From Rhodanobacteraceae bacterium (GTDB lineage Bacteria; Pseudomonadota; Gammaproteobacteria; Xanthomonadales; Rhodanobacteraceae), in contig JBQCCR010000040.1 in NCBI GenBank assembly GCA_051961995.1, forward strand, positions 14,850 through 78,849: a DNA stretch of 64,000 bases. The letters are read 5' to 3'. Shown one piece after another: positions 62,395 to 64,000 of this stretch (the stretch's first letter is position 1; every line of letters starts with the position of its first letter). The position numbers were made by a program, and so were the translations under genes. The notes below the pieces were generated by a model, which had not been told where the DNA came from, ran no database searches, and saw only the letters and a program-made list of their open reading frames with translations.

Positions 62395-63219
62395 ATGCAA
62401 ACGGTCGAAGGCAAGATCATCCTCATTACCGGCGCAGCCATGGGCATGGGCCGGCTGTACGCCGAGCGCGCGGTGGCAGAGCACGCTGCAGCCGTGGTGC
62501 TGTGGGACGTTGATGCCGAGGCGCTGGAAGCGACGCGCGACGCGCTGGTCGCACGCGGAGGCAAGGTCTCCGTGCAGGTGCTGGATCTGGCCTCGCAAGC
62601 GGCCATCGCCGAGGCCGCGGCCAAAGTGCGTGCCGAAACCGGCGACCCCGATATCGTGATCAACAACGCCGGGATCGTGCGCGGCAAGCCGTTCTGGGAA
62701 CACGATCCGCTGCGCGACACCGAGTCCGTGATCCGCATCAACACGCTCGCGCCGATGCACGTGGCGCGCGAATTCCTTGCGGCGATGATCGTTCGCGGCA
62801 GCGAGGCGCGGTTGCTCAACGTCGCATCCGCATCGGGCCTGCTGTCGGTGCCGCGGATGAGCGTCTACACCGCCTCGAAATGGGCCATGATCGGCTGGAG
62901 CGATTCTCTGCGGCTCGAGCTGCTGCGCGCCGGCCATGGCCACGTGCGCGTCACGACGCTCATCCCCAGCTACATCAAGACCGGCATGTTCGCCGGCGCG
63001 CGCGGACCGCTGCTGACGCCGCTGCTGGAACCCGAATACGTGGTGGAGCGCGCGTGGAAGGCGATGAAGCGCGGCAAGCCGCAGGTACTGTTGCCGTGGA
63101 CGGTGACCTTGAGCCGGATCCTGCACGGCCTGCTGCCGCTCTCCGCATGGGACTGGCTTGCCGGCCGCGTGTTCAAGGTGTATTCGTCCATGGACCACTT
63201 CACCGGACGCGGCGGCTGA
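62395..63219 (+). CDS. SDR family oxidoreductase
   Basis: ATG 62395 (MQTVEGKIILITGAAMGMG), NNAG, catalytic YTASK. Starts 4 nt after the EAL gene stop. Confidence 0.85.
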   Translation: MQTVEGKIILITGAAMGMGRLYAERAVAEHAAAVVLWDVDAEALEATRDALVARGGKVSVQVLDLASQAAIAEAAAKVRAETGDPDIVINNAGIVRGKPFWEHDPLRDTESVIRINTLAPMHVAREFLAAMIVRGSEARLLNVASASGLLSVPRMSVYTASKWAMIGWSDSLRLELLRAGHGHVRVTTLIPSYIKTGMFAGARGPLLTPLLEPEYVVERAWKAMKRGKPQVLLPWTVTLSRILHGLLPLSAWDWLAGRVFKVYSSMDHFTGRGG

Positions 63220-63249
63220 GCGCACGCATCGACGGCCACGTTTGCACCA

Positions 63250-64000
63250 TCAGGCATGCGCCAGCGCGAAATCCAGTGCGGCGCACACGGCAGCAGCCTG
63301 CGCTGCATTACACTGCTCGGGCGTGGCGCGCGGGCTGTCCGGATACACCTCGGTGGTGGTCTTGTACTTCGCCGCGGTGATGCCGGCGCACAGGCCGAGC
63401 GGCTTCAGCGCGTACTCGATCACGCCCGGCGCAACCATCGGTGAGCCGATGATCTCGCCCTTCGCATCGGCCGGCGCGATGTGCGTGACCTTCGCCACCG
63501 CCGCGATGATCGCCCGTTGGAATTCCGGCTGGGGCGCTTCGCTGTCGTCCACCAGGTAGAAGCCATCGGGAATACCTTCCGGCTCGAACGGAATGCCGTC
63601 GCGCGCGGCCAGCGCGGGACGGAATTCGGATTCGTCGGTGTCGGTGGTTTCGTGAAGGTCAATGTGCAGCAGCACGCGCTCGCGGAACGGCGCGACGAAG
63701 TTCATCAACGCGGCGGATTCCGGGGCCGGACTGTTGGCGCGGAACGAACGGTTGGGATCCAGCGCCAACGCGTTCCAGCGATGGATGCGCTCGTAAGCCC
63801 ACGGACTCACGCACGGCACGATGACGAGGTTCGCGCGATGCGCGTAGTCGGCCGCGTGCCGCTCGGCGAAGCGCAGCGCACCGTGCACGCCGCTGGTTTC
63901 GTACCCATGCACGCCGCCGGTGATCAATGCGACCGGAAGGTCATCGCGCCCGTTGCGGCTCTTCAGCGCAACCAACGGATAGCTATCCGGCCGGTAGTCG
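63250..64000 (-). CDS. M14-like zinc hydrolase (succinylglutamate desuccinylase/aspartoacylase or DUF2817-type), 5'-truncated by the window edge
   Basis: GGVHGYETSG (HxxE) and DLHETTD. The frame stays open from 63975 to nt 64000. Confidence 0.7.
   Translation of the reverse strand, partial: DYRPDSYPLVALKSRNGRDDLPVALITGGVHGYETSGVHGALRFAERHAADYAHRANLVIVPCVSPWAYERIHRWNALALDPNRSFRANSPAPESAALMNFVAPFRERVLLHIDLHETTDTDESEFRPALAARDGIPFEPEGIPDGFYLVDDSEAPQPEFQRAIIAAVAKVTHIAPADAKGEIIGSPMVAPGVIEYALKPLGLCAGITAAKYKTTTEVYPDSPRATPEQCNAAQAAAVCAALDFALAHA

Noticed and set aside
1-64000. Search for defence islands, prophage, integrative elements, toxin-antitoxin or secretion-system clusters.
   Set aside because: I recognised no integrase, transposase, recombinase, phage structural, restriction-modification, Cas, reverse transcriptase, nuclease-NTPase or similar genes. 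The only TA-like pair is the housekeeping sdhE/ygfX (CptB/CptA) module.

Overview
High-GC (about two-thirds G+C by eye) gammaproteobacterial chromosome. The synteny (lolC-lolD-comEC-exbB-exbD-msbA-lpxK, and sdhCDAB-sdhE-ygfX opposite ygfZ) fits a Xanthomonadales/Lysobacterales-type genome; that assignment is inference only. I support about 69 protein-coding genes, one of them (pirin) broken by an in-frame stop. I found no rRNA, tRNA, CRISPR array, integrase, transposase or recognisable defence gene, so most of the window looks like core chromosome. Gene starts were re-derived from the ORF track, because many listed ORFs carry Arg-rich N-terminal extensions typical of high-GC sequence. Starts are therefore less certain than stops. 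Candidates for something new, best first: (1) a six-gene minus-strand string egtB-egtD-paralogX1-paralogX2-large M14 peptidase-small TM protein (43385 to 37013). It ends at a strong terminator and faces a divergent choline-monooxygenase-like Rieske oxygenase. The two tandem paralogs are unassignable by eye. (2) A bactofilin gene coupled by start/stop overlap to an uncharacterised zinc-ribbon protein, followed by an HD-GYP/EAL/SDR operon. (3) Two dispersed intergenic repeat families: a heptad-based inverted repeat (GGTTGCC)n...(GGCAACC)n with 4 copies, and a GTCATTCC...GGAATCCAGTGAC REP/MITE-like family with at least 5 loci. (4) A low-GC lipoprotein islet. (5) Several unusual low-complexity secreted proteins (Gly/Tyr/His-rich, and polyproline plus EF-hand). 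All functional calls rest on motif recognition by eye. No database search or computation was run.
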